Positions 51,301 through 64,000 of a stretch of 64,000 bases of DNA are shown here, in pieces. The translations under genes were made by a program, and so were the position numbers. Source of the DNA: Octopus bimaculoides (lineage: Eukaryota); NCBI RefSeq assembly GCF_001194135.2, contig NC_068983.1:57944127-58008126 (forward strand). The letters run 5' to 3'. The notes beneath the pieces were generated by a model that saw only the letters and a program-made list of their open reading frames with translations, was not told the origin of the DNA and made no database searches. Numbering within the stretch: position 1 is the stretch's first letter; each line of letters begins with the position of its first letter.

Positions 51301-52729
51301 TGATATGTTTTGTATAGCATTTATAAATGTTTGAAATGTTGACAGAAGCCCAAGAATCTTGAAGTCAGTCGATTACACTGGCCCCAGTACCTGAGTGGGC
51401 CTTTACTTTATCACCCTGAAAGGATGAGAAGCAATGTTGCCCTCACCAGTATTTGAGCTTATAATGTAAAACGACAGAAGAAATGCCACTTAGCATTGTG
51501 TTCGACAACTCTAAGGATACTACCAGCTGATCACATTATACAGCACTTATAATAAATCTGACTAAACATTCTTTTGTCATATATTGTATTTCAAAAGCAA
51601 ACGTCAATGCATATTGATATGAGAAAAATGTTCACTCTACTTTGTAGTAATAGTCAATACGCACAAAAAACCTGGAGTTACGCGGATTATTTTTTGTGAC
51701 AAATGATTGCATGCTTGAATAGTTAATTTCTACATCATGTTAGCAAGTACAATATGACTAAATGGTCGAGAAGTTTGTTATCCAACCATGAGAACCCACG
51801 AATGCAATTTTCTATAGCCTCACTCAACTCATACATTATGATTGAATTTGGGTGTGTAGAAACTGTATTGAATCCCATTTGACGGATTGTATTTGTAATT
51901 CAAAAGATGTAGCCTGGTGAAGCACTGGGTTATATCAATTTCTACCGGGGACTTACATTAAGGATACACATATCTGTGGAGTACTCAACCATTTACATGT
52001 TTATTCAGGAAGGGGGCACTTAGTTGATTGAGTGAATGAATTCTCATCATATTAGGCATAGGTGTGGCTGTGTGATAAGAAGTTTGCCACCCAATCAGGG
52101 TTCCAGGTTCAATTCCACTGCATGGTACACTGGGCAAGTGTCTACTTTTATAACCTCAGGCTGACCAAAGCCTTGTGAGTGGATTTGGCAAATAGAAACT
52201 GAAAGAAGCCTGTTGTGTGTGTGCGTGCCCCAACACCACCACTTGACAACTGATGTTAGTGTATATATTTCCCTGCAACTTAGTGGTTTGGCAAAAGAGA
52301 CTGATAGAATAGGCACCATGGGTTTTTACATCGAGTAAAATTCTTCAAGGTGGTGCCCCAGCATGGCCACAGTCTAATGGCTGAAATGGGTTGCAGATAA
52401 AATATGATCGATATTATTTCAGGCATTATTTCAAAATTTAACGAGCACAATTTAATAACTGGGTTTTCATTAAAGACCTTTTGATCTTCGGTTGCAAGAT
52501 GTGTGCATATGCATGCACAAGTGCAGCTTACAGAGAATACTGCATGAGAATTATTTTCCCTGCAGTTTTATTGTACTGTATGAAGGCATTTGGCTCAGTA
52601 GTTAAGAATGCAGCTCATGATCATAGTGTCACAAGTTCAATTCCCAACAGTGTGTTATGTCCTTGAGCAAGACACTTTATTTCATGTTGCTCCAGTCCAC
52701 TCAGCTGGCAAAAATGAGTTGTGCCAGTA

Positions 52730-53112
52730 ATTGTATCTTGAGGTTTGGTGACAACAAGTGTCCTCAAATCTCAAGAATCTTTCAGAGGATTTTTGCAGAA
52801 TATAAGATGGTACTTTTTTGCAGGTTGACAATGCAAGTTTCAATTCCAATTTCTTTCAGTATTTTAGGCAGCATTTTTGGTTTTGTGCCAAGTGCACCAA
52901 TTATCACCTGAATAACTGTTGTTTTACTCTTTCACAGTCTCCTCAGCAATCTGGCTAGATGCTGGAATTCCTCAATTCTTTCCATTTGGTATCGACTCTG
53001 CTATGATAGAGAATTACAAAATCTATGATCTTGCACTGTTTGATTATTTTGTGCTCAATAATTATGTCGGGTCTTCTTGCCTCAGTAGTATGGCAAAGTC
53101 CCACAAGACCTT
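52730..53112 (-). mobile_element. R4/Dong-type non-LTR retrotransposon 3' fragment (restriction-like endonuclease domain)
   Basis: Frameshifted VLWDF..RRPDII..IIDFVI..D..K..RL*KSKTTVIQVIIGALGTKPKMLPKILKEIG...LQKSTILYSAKIL*KILEI*. Confidence 0.8.
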
Positions 53113-53140
53113 ATAATTCCCATTTCTGTTTTGTTATTAC

Positions 53141-53180
<40 letters not shown>

Positions 53181-54183
53181 GATATCATCATCATCATCAT
53201 CATCGTCGTCGTCGTCGTCATCGTCATTTAACGTCCACTTTCCATGCTGGCATGGGTTGGACGGTTTGACTGAGGGCTGGTGAACCAGAAGGCTGCACCA
53301 GGCCCCATTCTGATCTGGCAAAGTTTCTACATCATTGTTATTATTAATACAAAACTAATAAAAAAAAACAAAATGCTTAAAATAAGTAGATCCTAATCTA
53401 AAATAGGAATTAAAGTTATATTAACAAGCGAACAAAAACTTTGTTAATGACTTATCAAATTTCCTGAATGAAATTATCTGAAGAAAGATATATATTATCG
53501 CCAGCGACATTTATTTCTTTTACAGTCTTTATCTTTTTCTTTTCTGTTTTTTCCTTTCTTTGTTATCTCACAACTTTTAGTCTTAATAACAACAATGAGT
53601 GTTTATTAGCGTATTTGTGTAAAGTTGATGAAATTGTATGTTCTCAATAACCAGATGATTCATATGGAAACCAAATGAGGTTTGACCTCCTGCACTTTTA
53701 AGATGTTTCGGACTTAAATTATAAAGTATAAAACAAAGAAAGAAAGAAAATGTAATTTAAGAAAAGTAAAACTAAAAATAAACATAAAAAACAAAAATCA
53801 TAGAATTTTTTTAAGTTTGCACATAATACTATCTTGGGGAAACAAGATGGATTGTAAGTTAAGATTTCTTTTCATTATTGGCCAAAACTGATTAACTTTT
53901 ATTGAAGTACATTAATTGTGTGTGCAACAAAGACAAATGAAAGAAAATAACAAAAATAAATAAATATGTATATAAAAAAATAGGAATTGTAAATATGATT
54001 GAATATTCTTTCAATTGTTATATTTTTTTTTTGTTTTGTTATTTCCTTTATTTATTATTTAGTTAGTGATTGGGTAAACACCAGATGAAGTGCACCAGAT
54101 AATGTTTGGGTGTCTCTAAGTTAATATATCAGTTTTTACCTAGGATATTGTGTTGCCTTTGTTTATTTTATCCTTTTCATATA

Positions 54184-54407
54184 GAAAAGGGTGTGCTGAA
54201 AAGTTCCTGGCTTTGGGGGTAAAAGAACATACAGGAGAATCAGTTAATTATGATTTCATCCAACGTATTCTCCCTCTCGGATTCACACACTTATTGCAGT
54301 GGTCCTTCAGTTTTTTTTAGCCCTATAAAAGAACTCACAAGGTTGGGCCTCCAACCAGGCCTTTCACAATACCCTTAAAACCAGGAACTTTTCAGCACAT
54401 TACCGTG
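54184..54407. mobile_element. Tc1/mariner-type MITE
   Basis: TIR tgtgctgaaaagttcctgg(c/t)tt at both ends; TA flanks at 54182-54183 and 54408-54409. Confidence 0.75.
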
Positions 54408-54609
54408 TATATACAGGCTGTGTGGTAAGGAGTTAACTTTCCAATCACATTGTTCTGAGTTGAGTCCCACTGCATGGTAACTTGGACAAATGTCTTCCAT
54501 CGTAGTTCTGGCTTGACCAAAGCCTTGTGAGTGGATTTGGTAGCCATGGAAACTGAAACAAACATGGCACATGTGTGTGTGTGTATATATATATATGTGT
54601 GTGTGTGTG

Positions 54610-54640
<31 letters not shown>

Positions 54641-55844
54641 CTGTATACATATGTATATACACATACATATATGTGTACATATTTATGTATGTGTCTGTGG
54701 GTTTGTGCCTTGTTTCATATTGCATGATAATTGTAAATGAGTGTCATTGTCATACAAGCAGTGTCATTCACGTCCATTATTCTGTGTAAATATGGCTAGC
54801 CATGGAAAAACACTACCTTGCTTGGAAACAGTTAAGGGTTTGTGACAGGAAAGGCATCTAGCAGGCTGTAGAAAACCTGCCTCAATAAACTCCATCCAAT
54901 CGATGCGAGTATAAAAAAGGAGACATTTATATGCAATGAGGATTTTCCTTTGGAGATTTGCTGCATTAAATTGAAGAAATACAATCAAAGATTTAATTCA
55001 AACTTTCGATCACTTTACAGATTTATAAACTTTTCAGTTCTTTACATTGTGAAAATGTTTTAGTATCTACTACCATAATTGGCATGCTGAATATTGGTTA
55101 AGCCATTAGTTAGTTACCTAAGCCCTTCAGTCCTTATGGAGCACAAACCATCAATATCTTTTCTCCACTGTTTTTGATTTTGAGTTGTTTTCTTTCCTTT
55201 CCACTTGGTCTCCTGCATTTGCAGCTCCACCTCAATATCCTGCTAGTCTCCCTGAAGAAAGCCTTTCTTTTCTCAGGTCTTGCGGTTTTGAATTGAGATC
55301 AATGCTTCTGTAATTTTGCTTTGATCTAGATAGGTGTTGACCTTATAAAGCCTATTTTTGCTTCCAGGTAGCAGTGGTTCATATTAGTCTAGCCACCATT
55401 CTTTGACTTGGCCAGCATGGGAAGCTCTACCGAGGATCACATGCATCACTGGCTTAGCCCTCAGGGTCATTTTGACATACAGGCCACCATGTTGCAACAA
55501 AGATAAATTACCTCGCAGTTATAGATTCAACTCTTTTCACTAAGTTCAAATCTTACCAATGCCAGTTTTTACTATCATTCTTTAAGAGTTCATAAATAAG
55601 TTACTAACTTTGTATTAGAGACGATTTTTCATTTTCTTTCTCCTTTTCATTTTCTCTATTTGTCTTTTTTTCACTAAGATATTAGCTTGGTCCCATCTGG
55701 AAAGGGAGAGGCTCTGCAAGGACTAAAGCTGTCCTAGACATGCTATGCTGTATATCACAACAATGACTCCTACAATCCCAGCAAAGTGTTGAGACCCAAT
55801 GTAATTTGCAGTGTGTTCCCATTTCTTTGTTTGTCTGTCATCAT

Positions 55845-56345
55845 CACCAGTGTCATCATTTAACTTCCACTTTCCATGCTGATGTGGCTTGGACAGTTTG
55901 ACAGAGGACTGGCAAGCTGGTAAGCTGCACCAGTCTCCAATCTGATCTGGCAATGTTTCTACAGCTGGAAAGCCTTCCTAACGCCAAACATTCTGAGAGT
56001 ATAATGGGTGCTTTTACGTGTCATTGGCATGGGGATAAGTCAAGGAGTACTGGCATCAACCACGTTTGGATGGTGCTTTTTACATGCCACCAGCATGGGA
56101 GCCAGTCAGGCGGCACTGGCATCGACCACGTTTGGATGGTGCATTTTATGTGCCATTGGCATAGGAGCCATTAAGAGTGCACTGGTATCAACCACATTCA
56201 GATGGTGCTTTTTACATACCAACAGCATGGGATCCAGTCAGGAGGCACTGGCATTAACCACATTTGCATGGCATTTTTTATGTGCCACCAGCACGAGGAG
56301 CCAGTCAGGCAGCACTAACATGAACCCATACTCAAATGGTGTTTA
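55845..56345 (-). mobile_element. RTE 3' tail with five ~66-bp tandem units
   Basis: End motif at 55855, followed by repeated gctttttacatgccaccagcatgggagccagtcaggcggcactggcatcgaccacgtttggatggt units. Confidence 0.8.
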
Positions 56346-57714
56346 TTATCAAAGCCAATTAGTTGTTATTATTCCTTCACCACCTCTGTATTATTTCTTT
56401 CTACATTTGGCACAAATGCTTAGTGGCATTTCATCCATCTTTATGTTCTGATTCTGATTTTGCCAACATTATTAAATAAATACCTGATGAGCACTGGGGT
56501 CAATGTAATCAACTAGACTCTTCCCCCAAAAATTTCAGGCCTTGTGCTGATAGTAGAAAGTCCTGGGGTCGATTTACTCAACTAAAGGTGGTGCTCCAGC
56601 ATGGCCGCAGTCAAACGACTGAAACAAACAAAAGAATAAAAAATGGATTTAAGCAATAATCTTTTGAAATTGATGGACCTGATATTTGAATTTTAAGAAA
56701 AGAAACTTGTACACATTTACTTTTTATGTCATGAAAAACAATTTCACTTTTTAACAAGAAAAAAAAAAACTTCCACTTTTTGATCTGGAAAACTGCTGAT
56801 ACTAATTAGGTAAAGACTTTCACTCCCTTGTATCCCTGAAAACAAAGAAGCATTTATTTAAGGTCCAAGGATTTTCCACAGGCTCCTATGGTTGCTTTGT
56901 GTTTATAATCTCTTAAGTTTTTGTCATAATGTATTTATGAAAGCTAAAGCTGCAGTCACACATGATCCTCTACACTGTGAAGCTTTATCCAACCGAATAA
57001 CCAACCTCTGACATTGAACTCAGAGCCTCCTTAACTAATCTTAATCTGCATGTATAATGCATGCAATGCTACAACAGAAACATTAGCATAAGAAAGGCAT
57101 TACATCTCCCAGAAATGAATTGGTTGAATTCATTTTGTTATTTGAAAGAACAGAGTCTAATATTATTTGTTCCTGTAGCAGTTGTGAAATCACCTGGAAT
57201 ATCATTCAAAACTTGAGGGACTGATTCTGCATTTCGTATTCACTCTTAATATTTATTATGGTTTATTTGATCGGCATCAGCTACTCTCTACCCACCATTC
57301 ACCCTTAAGAATCGTGGCTGTCTTACTTCCTGCTTGAGATATAAATCAAACTTGTTGCTCATCGTTTCTTCTGCATCATCGATACCAAAATGGATCTGCA
57401 GTATTCATAAGATATTGTTATTGGTGATCGTATTTGTCTGCCCATCAAAGCAGATAAGCTAAGAATTCTTCCTATGTGTGTGTGAGAGAGAGAGACAGAG
57501 AGACGGACAGACAGAAAGACAGACAGACAGAAAAACAGAGAGAAAGAGAGAGTCTGAAAACTCAAAGAGCATGTAATGCAAATATACATTAATAGAATAT
57601 TTGTCAATATGTTTTTGACTGTATTTTAACATTTTCAACCATTCTTTCAACATCACCTTTTGATTTGGATAATGTGGAGGCATTTTCAAAGATTTACATC
57701 AAATCTTATCAAGC

Positions 57715-58266
57715 TGGAGTGGCTGTGTAGTAAGTAGATTGCTTACCAAATACATGGATCCGGGTTCAGTCCCACTGTGGGGCACCTTGGACAAATGTCT
57801 TCTACTATAGCCTCAGGCCGACCAAAGCCTTGTGAGTGGATTTGGTAGACGGAAACTGGAACAAATGTATATATATACATATATATATNNNNNNNNNNNN
57901 NNNNNNNNNNNNNNNNNNNNNNNNNNNNNNNNNNNNNNNNNNNNNNNNNNNNNNNNNNNNNNNNNNNNNNNNNNNNNNNNNNNNNNNNNNNNNNNNNNNN
58001 NNNNNNNNNNNNNNNNNNNNNNNNNNNNNNNNNNNNNNNNNNNNNNNNNNNNNNNNNNNNNNNNNNNNNNNNNNNNNNNNNNNNNNNNNNNNNNNNNNNN
58101 NNNNNNNNNNNNNNNNNNNNNNNNNNNNNNNNNNNNNNNNNNNNNNNNNNNNNNNNNNNNNNNNNNNNNNNNNNNNNNNNNNNNNNNNNNNNNNNNNNNN
58201 NNNNNNNNNNNNNNNNNNNNNNNNNNNNNNNNNNNNNNNNNNNNNNNNNNNNNNNNNNNNNNNNNN

Positions 58267-58321
<55 letters not shown>

Positions 58322-58475
58322 CATATGTGTTTGTGTGTCTGTGTTTGTTCCCCCAACATCGATTGACAACCGATGCTAGTGTGTTTACATCCTCATAACT
58401 TAGCAGTTCAGCAATAGAGACCGATAGAATAAGTACTAGGCTTACAAAGAATAAGTCCTGGGGTCGATTTGCTCT
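57715..58475 (+). mobile_element. SINE family A, with its tail truncated by the adjacent HHR element
   Basis: Head at 57715; tail stops at ggggtcgatttgctc. Confidence 0.85.
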
Positions 58476-58535
58476 TTCTTCAATATTTACATTATTTACA
58501 TTTGATTGACATTTGTCCTCATCTTGTTTGTTGTT

Positions 58536-58581
58536 AACACAATGTTTCGGCTGATATACCCTCCAGCCTTCATCAGGTGTC
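58536..58581 (-). ncRNA. Hammerhead family 1 copy D
   Basis: GACAC-CUGAUGA-A-GGCUG/CAGCC-GAAA-C-AUU^GUGUU. Confidence 0.7.
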
Positions 58582-58628
58582 TTGGGGAAATTTTGAACCT
58601 GGGATCTCATTCCTAAGGTATTTTTCAA

Positions 58629-58665
<37 letters not shown>

Positions 58666-58949
58666 ATTATTCAAATCACTGCCTGGAATCGAACTCAGAA
58701 TCTTGGGGTTAGTAGCCCATGCTCTTAACTACTACATCATATGCCCGTGGTATGGATAGGAAAATATTAGATTAACAAACCCTAATGATTCACTCTATAA
58801 TTCCCCACGGGCATATGGCATAGTGGTTAAGAGCGTGGGCTACTAACTCCAAGATTCTGAGTTTGATTCCAGTCAGCGACCTGAATAATAATAATAATGA
58901 TATCGAAAAATTCCTTAGGAATGAGAACCCAGGTTCAAAATTTCCCCAA

Positions 58950-58993
58950 GACACCTGATGAAAGCTGGAGGGTATATCAGCCGAAATGTTGTG
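58950..58993 (+). ncRNA. Hammerhead family 1 copy E
   Basis: GACAC-CUGAUGA(58955)-A-AGCUG/CAGCC-GAAA-U-GUU^GUGUU; G10.1 is mutated. Confidence 0.65.
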
Positions 58994-60804
58994 TTAACAA
59001 ACAAGATGAGGACAAATATCCATCAAATGTAAATAATGTAAATAATGCACATAATTCCTTGTCTCTTAAATATTGAACTGTATTATTTCTTCAAGTTCCA
59101 AAGACTTTTACCATTACTGATATTTTTTTGTATAGTCATTATTCTACCAGCTTTTGATAAAAACAAAAATAAAAAAGACAAATCTGTCTTTCGATTTACA
59201 TCATTAATATTCAGTGATTCGTTGATTCTTGCTGTAACAGCAGCACATCACAGCAAAGCCTCTGTCATATTTGAGTCATAAAGTTGAAGTTCGTTGTTAT
59301 TAACCGACAATGCCATTGTCATGGTGTACCGTATTTATCCAAAGTAAAGCCACACTCGCACATAATCCTTTGCATTCAAAAGCTTTTATTTAGCTGAATA
59401 GCCATCAAGCTGCTAGCCACCTTTAAATAGTCTTAATCAGCATGCAAAAATGCATGCAACACAACGACCACAACATTAACATAATGATGATGATGATGAT
59501 GATGATGATAATAATAATAATAATAATTTCTTACATGCGATATCGGCATAATAATGACATCATTCACTGATGGAAAATATTGGATAACTCTATTTATTTT
59601 GCTTGTTTGGCTTAAATTAAATTTTTCCCAAGAGAGCATGTGACATTCCCTTCTTCAATTAGTAGGCATGTCACCTCTGTCTGTCTGTCTGTCTGTCCCC
59701 GCTCCTCCTCTCCCTTTCTCACTCACACACACACACACACAAACATTTTAGTACTCAGAGTATTTTGAAACTAACAATAATTGCAATTTAACTTATGTGC
59801 TACAGAGTTCTTTCTGTAATTATTTCCAGAAGTGTAAAAGAGAAACTAAGGCAATTTCCTTCCTGAATACTTAACATAGGTGTAACAGTTCAACAGCAGA
59901 GTGGATGGATTTCGGTGAAATAATGCCTCGAAACAATTTTAATAGCCATTAAGAATAGCTTCATTTATATCAAATTGCAATAGTATTCCTCACAGGGAAA
60001 AGCATAGCATTACAATTTCCTAATTATCTTCTATAAAGCTGCCAGCAAAGTTAGAGATACCACCTGCACTAAAGATATGTCCAACATATTTCTTTAAAAC
60101 TGGAATATATTATAGTCAAAGCACAAACGGCACTAAGGAGATTCTACCAAAGTTCTTCGCTGCTGTAGTTCCTTGTTTGTCAAAACCAAGGAGTCACCTA
60201 AATTAATCGATTGAAAACAATCTTCATTTGAACAGATGCTTTGAACCTGTAATTATGAATGGCAAAGTAACTTAGCAGTTCAGCAAAAGTGTACAATAGA
60301 ATAAGTACTAGACTTTCAAAGAATAAGTCCTGGGGTCGATTTGCTCGACTAAAGGTGGTGCTCCAGCATGGTCACAGTCAAATGACTGAAACAAGTAAAA
60401 GAGTAAAGAAAGATATATGCTACAGACGTACCAGAGAGTGGAATGAGATACTGCAGTTATATATCTACATCTATCTATATGTGTGTGTGTGTGTGTGTAT
60501 GTGTGTCTACTGCAGTATCACATTCCACTCCCTGACGTGTCTGTAGCGTTTTTCACCTTAGTAAGAAATCAATAGATTTAACTTTATTTTGAGGTGAGTA
60601 AACAGTGTCAGGACATTGACTTACATTGTATTCAATCTCCTACAATCTGCTTCAATCGTTCCTTTTACTTTCTTGAAATCATGCTAGGTTCAACGATACG
60701 TTTTCTTCAAACCTTTAAAGTCGGTAAATTGAGTGGAAGTAACATGCGCATTCGTTTCTTTAATCATTCATTTGTTTTCTTTTATTTGTTTCAGCCATTT
60801 GACT

Positions 60805-60890
60805 CAGTGCTTCCCAAAGTGGTGGTCTGTGGTCTGGTGTCGGTCCGTGAGCCATCAGCTGGCGGTACACAGTGCGTTTCTAGAAAAGTA
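60805..60890 (+). mobile_element. Possible hAT (Charlie-like) terminal fragment
   Basis: Begins cagtgcttcccaaagtgg, resembling hAT TIRs; the other end was not found. Confidence 0.3.
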
Positions 60891-60944
60891 AGAAACACTA
60901 TAAGATGCTTATAAAATACTTATGTAATATTGTATTATTTACTC

Positions 60945-61450
60945 TTTTACTCTTTTACTTGTTTCAGTCATTTGACAGCGGCCATGCTGGAGCACCACCT
61001 TTAGTCGAGCAAATCGACCCCAGGACTTATTCTTTGGAAGCCCAGAACTTATTCAGTTTCCGTCTACCAAATCCACTCACAAGCCTTTAGTCGGCACGAG
61101 GCTATAGTAGAAGACACTTGCCCAAGGTGCCACACAGTGGGAATGAACCCGGAACCGTGTGGTTGGTAAGCAAGCTACTTACCACGGAGCCACTCGTTTA
61201 CCAAATAAATATAACATAAAAAAAATTGTCAACTTTTATTACTCTCTTTTACTCTTTTACTTGTTTCAGTCATTTGACTGCGGCCATGCTGGAGCACCAC
61301 CTTTAGTCGAGCAAATCGACCCCAGGACTTATTCTTTGTAAGCCTAGTACTTATTCTATCGGTCTCTTTTGCCGAACCGCTAGATTACAGGGATGTAAAC
61401 ACACCAGCATCGGTTGTCAGGCGATGTTGGGTGGACAAACACAGACACAT
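60945..61450 (-). mobile_element. Young-looking SINE A segments (tail-head-tail)
   Basis: Near-identical tails at 60945-61035 and 61245-61450, with CpGs retained. Confidence 0.85.
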
Positions 61451-62630
61451 CATCATCATCATCATCATCATCGTTTAACGTCCGCTTTCCATGCTAGCAT
61501 GGGTTGGACGATTTGACTGAGGACTGGTGAAACCGGATGGCAACACCAGTCTCCAGTCTGATTTGGCAGAGTTTCTACTGCTGGATGCCCTTCTTAACGC
61601 CAACCACTCAGAGAGTGTAGTGGGTNNNNNNNNNNNNNNNNNNNNNNNNNNNNNNNNNNNNNNNNNNNNNNNNNNNNNNNNNNNNNNNNNNNNNNNNNNN
61701 NNNNNNNNNNNNNNNNNNNNNNNNNNNNNNNNNNNNNNNNNNNNNNNNNNNNNNNNNNNNNNNNNNNNNNNNNNNNNNNNNNNNNNNNNNNNNNNNNNNN
61801 NNNNNNNNNNNNNNNNNNNNNNNNNNNNNNNNNNNNNNNNNNNNNNNNNNNNNNNNNNNNNNNNNNNNNNNNNNNNNNNNNNNNNNNNNNNNNNNNNNNN
61901 NNNNNNNNNNNNNNNNNNNNNNNNNNNNNNNNNNNNNNNNNNNNNNNNNNNNNNNNNNNNNNNNNNNNNNNNNNNNNNNNNNNNNNNNNNNNNNNNNNNN
62001 NNNNNNNNNNNNNNNNNNNNNNNNNNNNNNNNNNNNNNNNNNNNNNNNNNNNNNNNNNNNNNNNNNNNNNNNNNNNNNNNNNNNNNNNNNNNNNNNNNNN
62101 NNNNNNNNNNNNNNNNNNNNNNNNNNNNNNNNNNNNNNNNNNNNNNNNNNNNNNNNNNNNNNNNNNNNNNNNNNNNNNNNNNNNNNNNNNNNNNNNNNNN
62201 NNNNNNNNNNNNNNNNNNNNNNNNNNNNNNNNNNNNNNNNNNNNNNNNNNNNNNNNNNNNNNNNNNNNNNNNNNNNNNNNNNNNNNNNNNNNNNNNNNNN
62301 NNNNNNNNNNNNNNNNNNNNNNNNNNNNNNNNNNNNNNNNNNNNNNNNNNNNNNNNNNNNNNNNNNNNNNNNNNNNNNNNNNNNNNNNNNNNNNNNNNNN
62401 NNNNNNNNNNNNNNNNNNNNNNNNNNNNNNNNNATTCTTATTCTAGCAGCTACACTTTCAGCGCACCCACCCCCACTACTAACTTGGTCGCCCAGATAGC
62501 GGAAGCTATCAACTACCTCTAGTTTTTCACCCTGGAATGAGATAGAAGTTGTTTCCTGTTTGTTTACAGTCTTTATTGCACCTGAACATCTGCCACAAAC
62601 AAAAACTAACTTGCTAGTTAACCTGCCACA
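61450..62630 (-). mobile_element. 5'-truncated RTE LINE spanning a ~800-N gap
   Basis: CGRCSGAI...KLEVVDSFRYLGDQVSSGGGCAESVAARIR at 62435-62630; family 3' end and (GAT)n tail at 61450-61625. Confidence 0.85.
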
Positions 62631-62641
62631 CAAACATATAT

Positions 62642-62685
<44 letters not shown>

Positions 62686-63063
62686 GTATACGATGGGTTT
62701 CTTTCAGTTTCTGTCTACCAAATCCACTCACAAGGTTTCGGTCGGCCCAAGTCTATGATAATGATGCATGGACATGTGTGTGTATGTGTGTGCGTGTGTG
62801 TGTGTGTGTGTGAGTGAGTGTGTGTGTGTGTGTATGTGTGTGTGTGTGTGCATGCACATACATATATGCATGTACATATGCATGTTATACAGGTTACTGG
62901 GGAATAATATAATATAAATATGTAACTTTTATTTAGCTTCACAGTGTCTCTGTATCTAATTATACACATATATACATGCAAATATGCATATATCATTCCA
63001 TGTATACATGAATATATTTAAGTAATTATGTATATATATACATACGTACATTTGCATACATCC

Positions 63064-63180
<117 letters not shown>

Positions 63181-63749
63181 GTGTATGTTCATGTATGTAT
63201 AGTGACGATAGTCAACACTTTCTGAGGAAACACTGACAAACACATAAAATACTCAGGAGGTTTTGAATACTTCAAAATCTAACTCTACATAAACTTGCAT
63301 AATTGTTGTATATATTACAACTTTTCCTGTTATGCAGACTGTCAACAGGATATTCTTTATATAACATGATTTCTAACAGTAAGATGGAAAATAAAGTTTA
63401 TATTTGTATATTTTCATTATTCATATTTAAAAAAAATTTTCCCTGCATTTTTCTAATTGCAAAGTTTTATCAAATCCTGTTACTATACTCAATAAAGATA
63501 CAGCATCCCAGATATTATTTTAGCAAGTTGAAAGAGCTTTCTTTTGTACTGTAAGCTATTTACCATTCCTGTGGTGGCCCACTTCCTTTGATACCCTAAG
63601 TACATCCTTATTTTGCTTAATGGTTAAGCTAGCACTGGGCACACTGCGTGTTACTCTATTTTGTGTACTTGGAAGCTACTGCTATTTATCTTCTCACTCC
63701 TGGTTCGATATATTGACCATTAAAAGTGCTTCAACTGAAGTCTGAAGGC

Positions 63750-63950
63750 TCAGGGGTGGCTGTGTGGTGAGTAGCTTGCTTACCAACCACATGGTTCCGA
63801 GTTCAGTCCCACTGCATGGCACCTTGGCCAAGTGTCTTCTACTATAGCCTTAGACTTACCAAAACCTGTCATATATATTATAGGTGCAAGAGTGGCTGTG
63901 TGGTAAGTAGCTTGCTTACCAACCACATGGTTCCAGGTTCAGTCCTACTG
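63750..63950 (+). mobile_element. Two SINE A heads
   Basis: gtggctgtgtgg..agtagcttgcttaccaaccacatggttcc occurs twice. Confidence 0.85.
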
Positions 63951-64000
63951 AAATCAGCTAGCCTCTTGCCCGAACTTGCTGGCCTTGTGCGAAAATTTGA

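Larger units (their letters stand above)
58484..59084. mobile_element. Palindromic element: two divergent units of tRNA-like head + (AAT)n + hammerhead tail (family 1)
   Basis: Arms 58484-58750 and 58805-59084 are reverse complements around a 54-bp spacer; A-box tggcatagtgg at 58816; B-box gagttcgattcc at 58696-58685 (minus). Confidence 0.85.

Noticed and set aside
55985-56345. CRISPR-like array
   Set aside because: Whole units are degenerate copies without unique spacers, the context is eukaryotic, and they are part of the RTE 3'UTR
58807-58880. Possible tRNA gene (also 6790-6865)
   Set aside because: A/B boxes are present, but there is no consistent acceptor or anticodon stem; these are element heads

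Overview
AT-rich, gap-ridden eukaryotic draft-assembly window. The repeat landscape suggests a coleoid cephalopod, probably Octopus (inference from repeat families recalled from memory, not a database result). There is no complete protein-coding gene, rRNA, true tRNA or CRISPR array. Most of the window is microsatellites and transposon relics: at least three tRNA-headed SINE families; RTE, CR1 and R4/Dong-type LINE 3' fragments; a Tc1 element with both TIRs; two mariner relics; and several MITE/foldback elements. The most notable signal is a set of minimal type-I hammerhead ribozyme (HHR) motifs of the Penelope-like-element (PLE) kind, from two clear families and up to two weaker ones. They occur as tandem or inverted repeats at about 5.6-7.1, 25.0-26.0 and 58.5-59.1 kb. 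In two places an HHR tail lies downstream of a tRNA-like Pol III head, and the head is part of a head-to-head palindrome, giving a SINE/retrozyme-like architecture. Isolated minus-strand exon candidates occur at 24.5 kb (ShKT-like Cys spacing) and 44.0-44.2 kb (76-codon open exon, weakly TIR-like). All alignments and folds were done by eye, so repeat boundaries are approximate.
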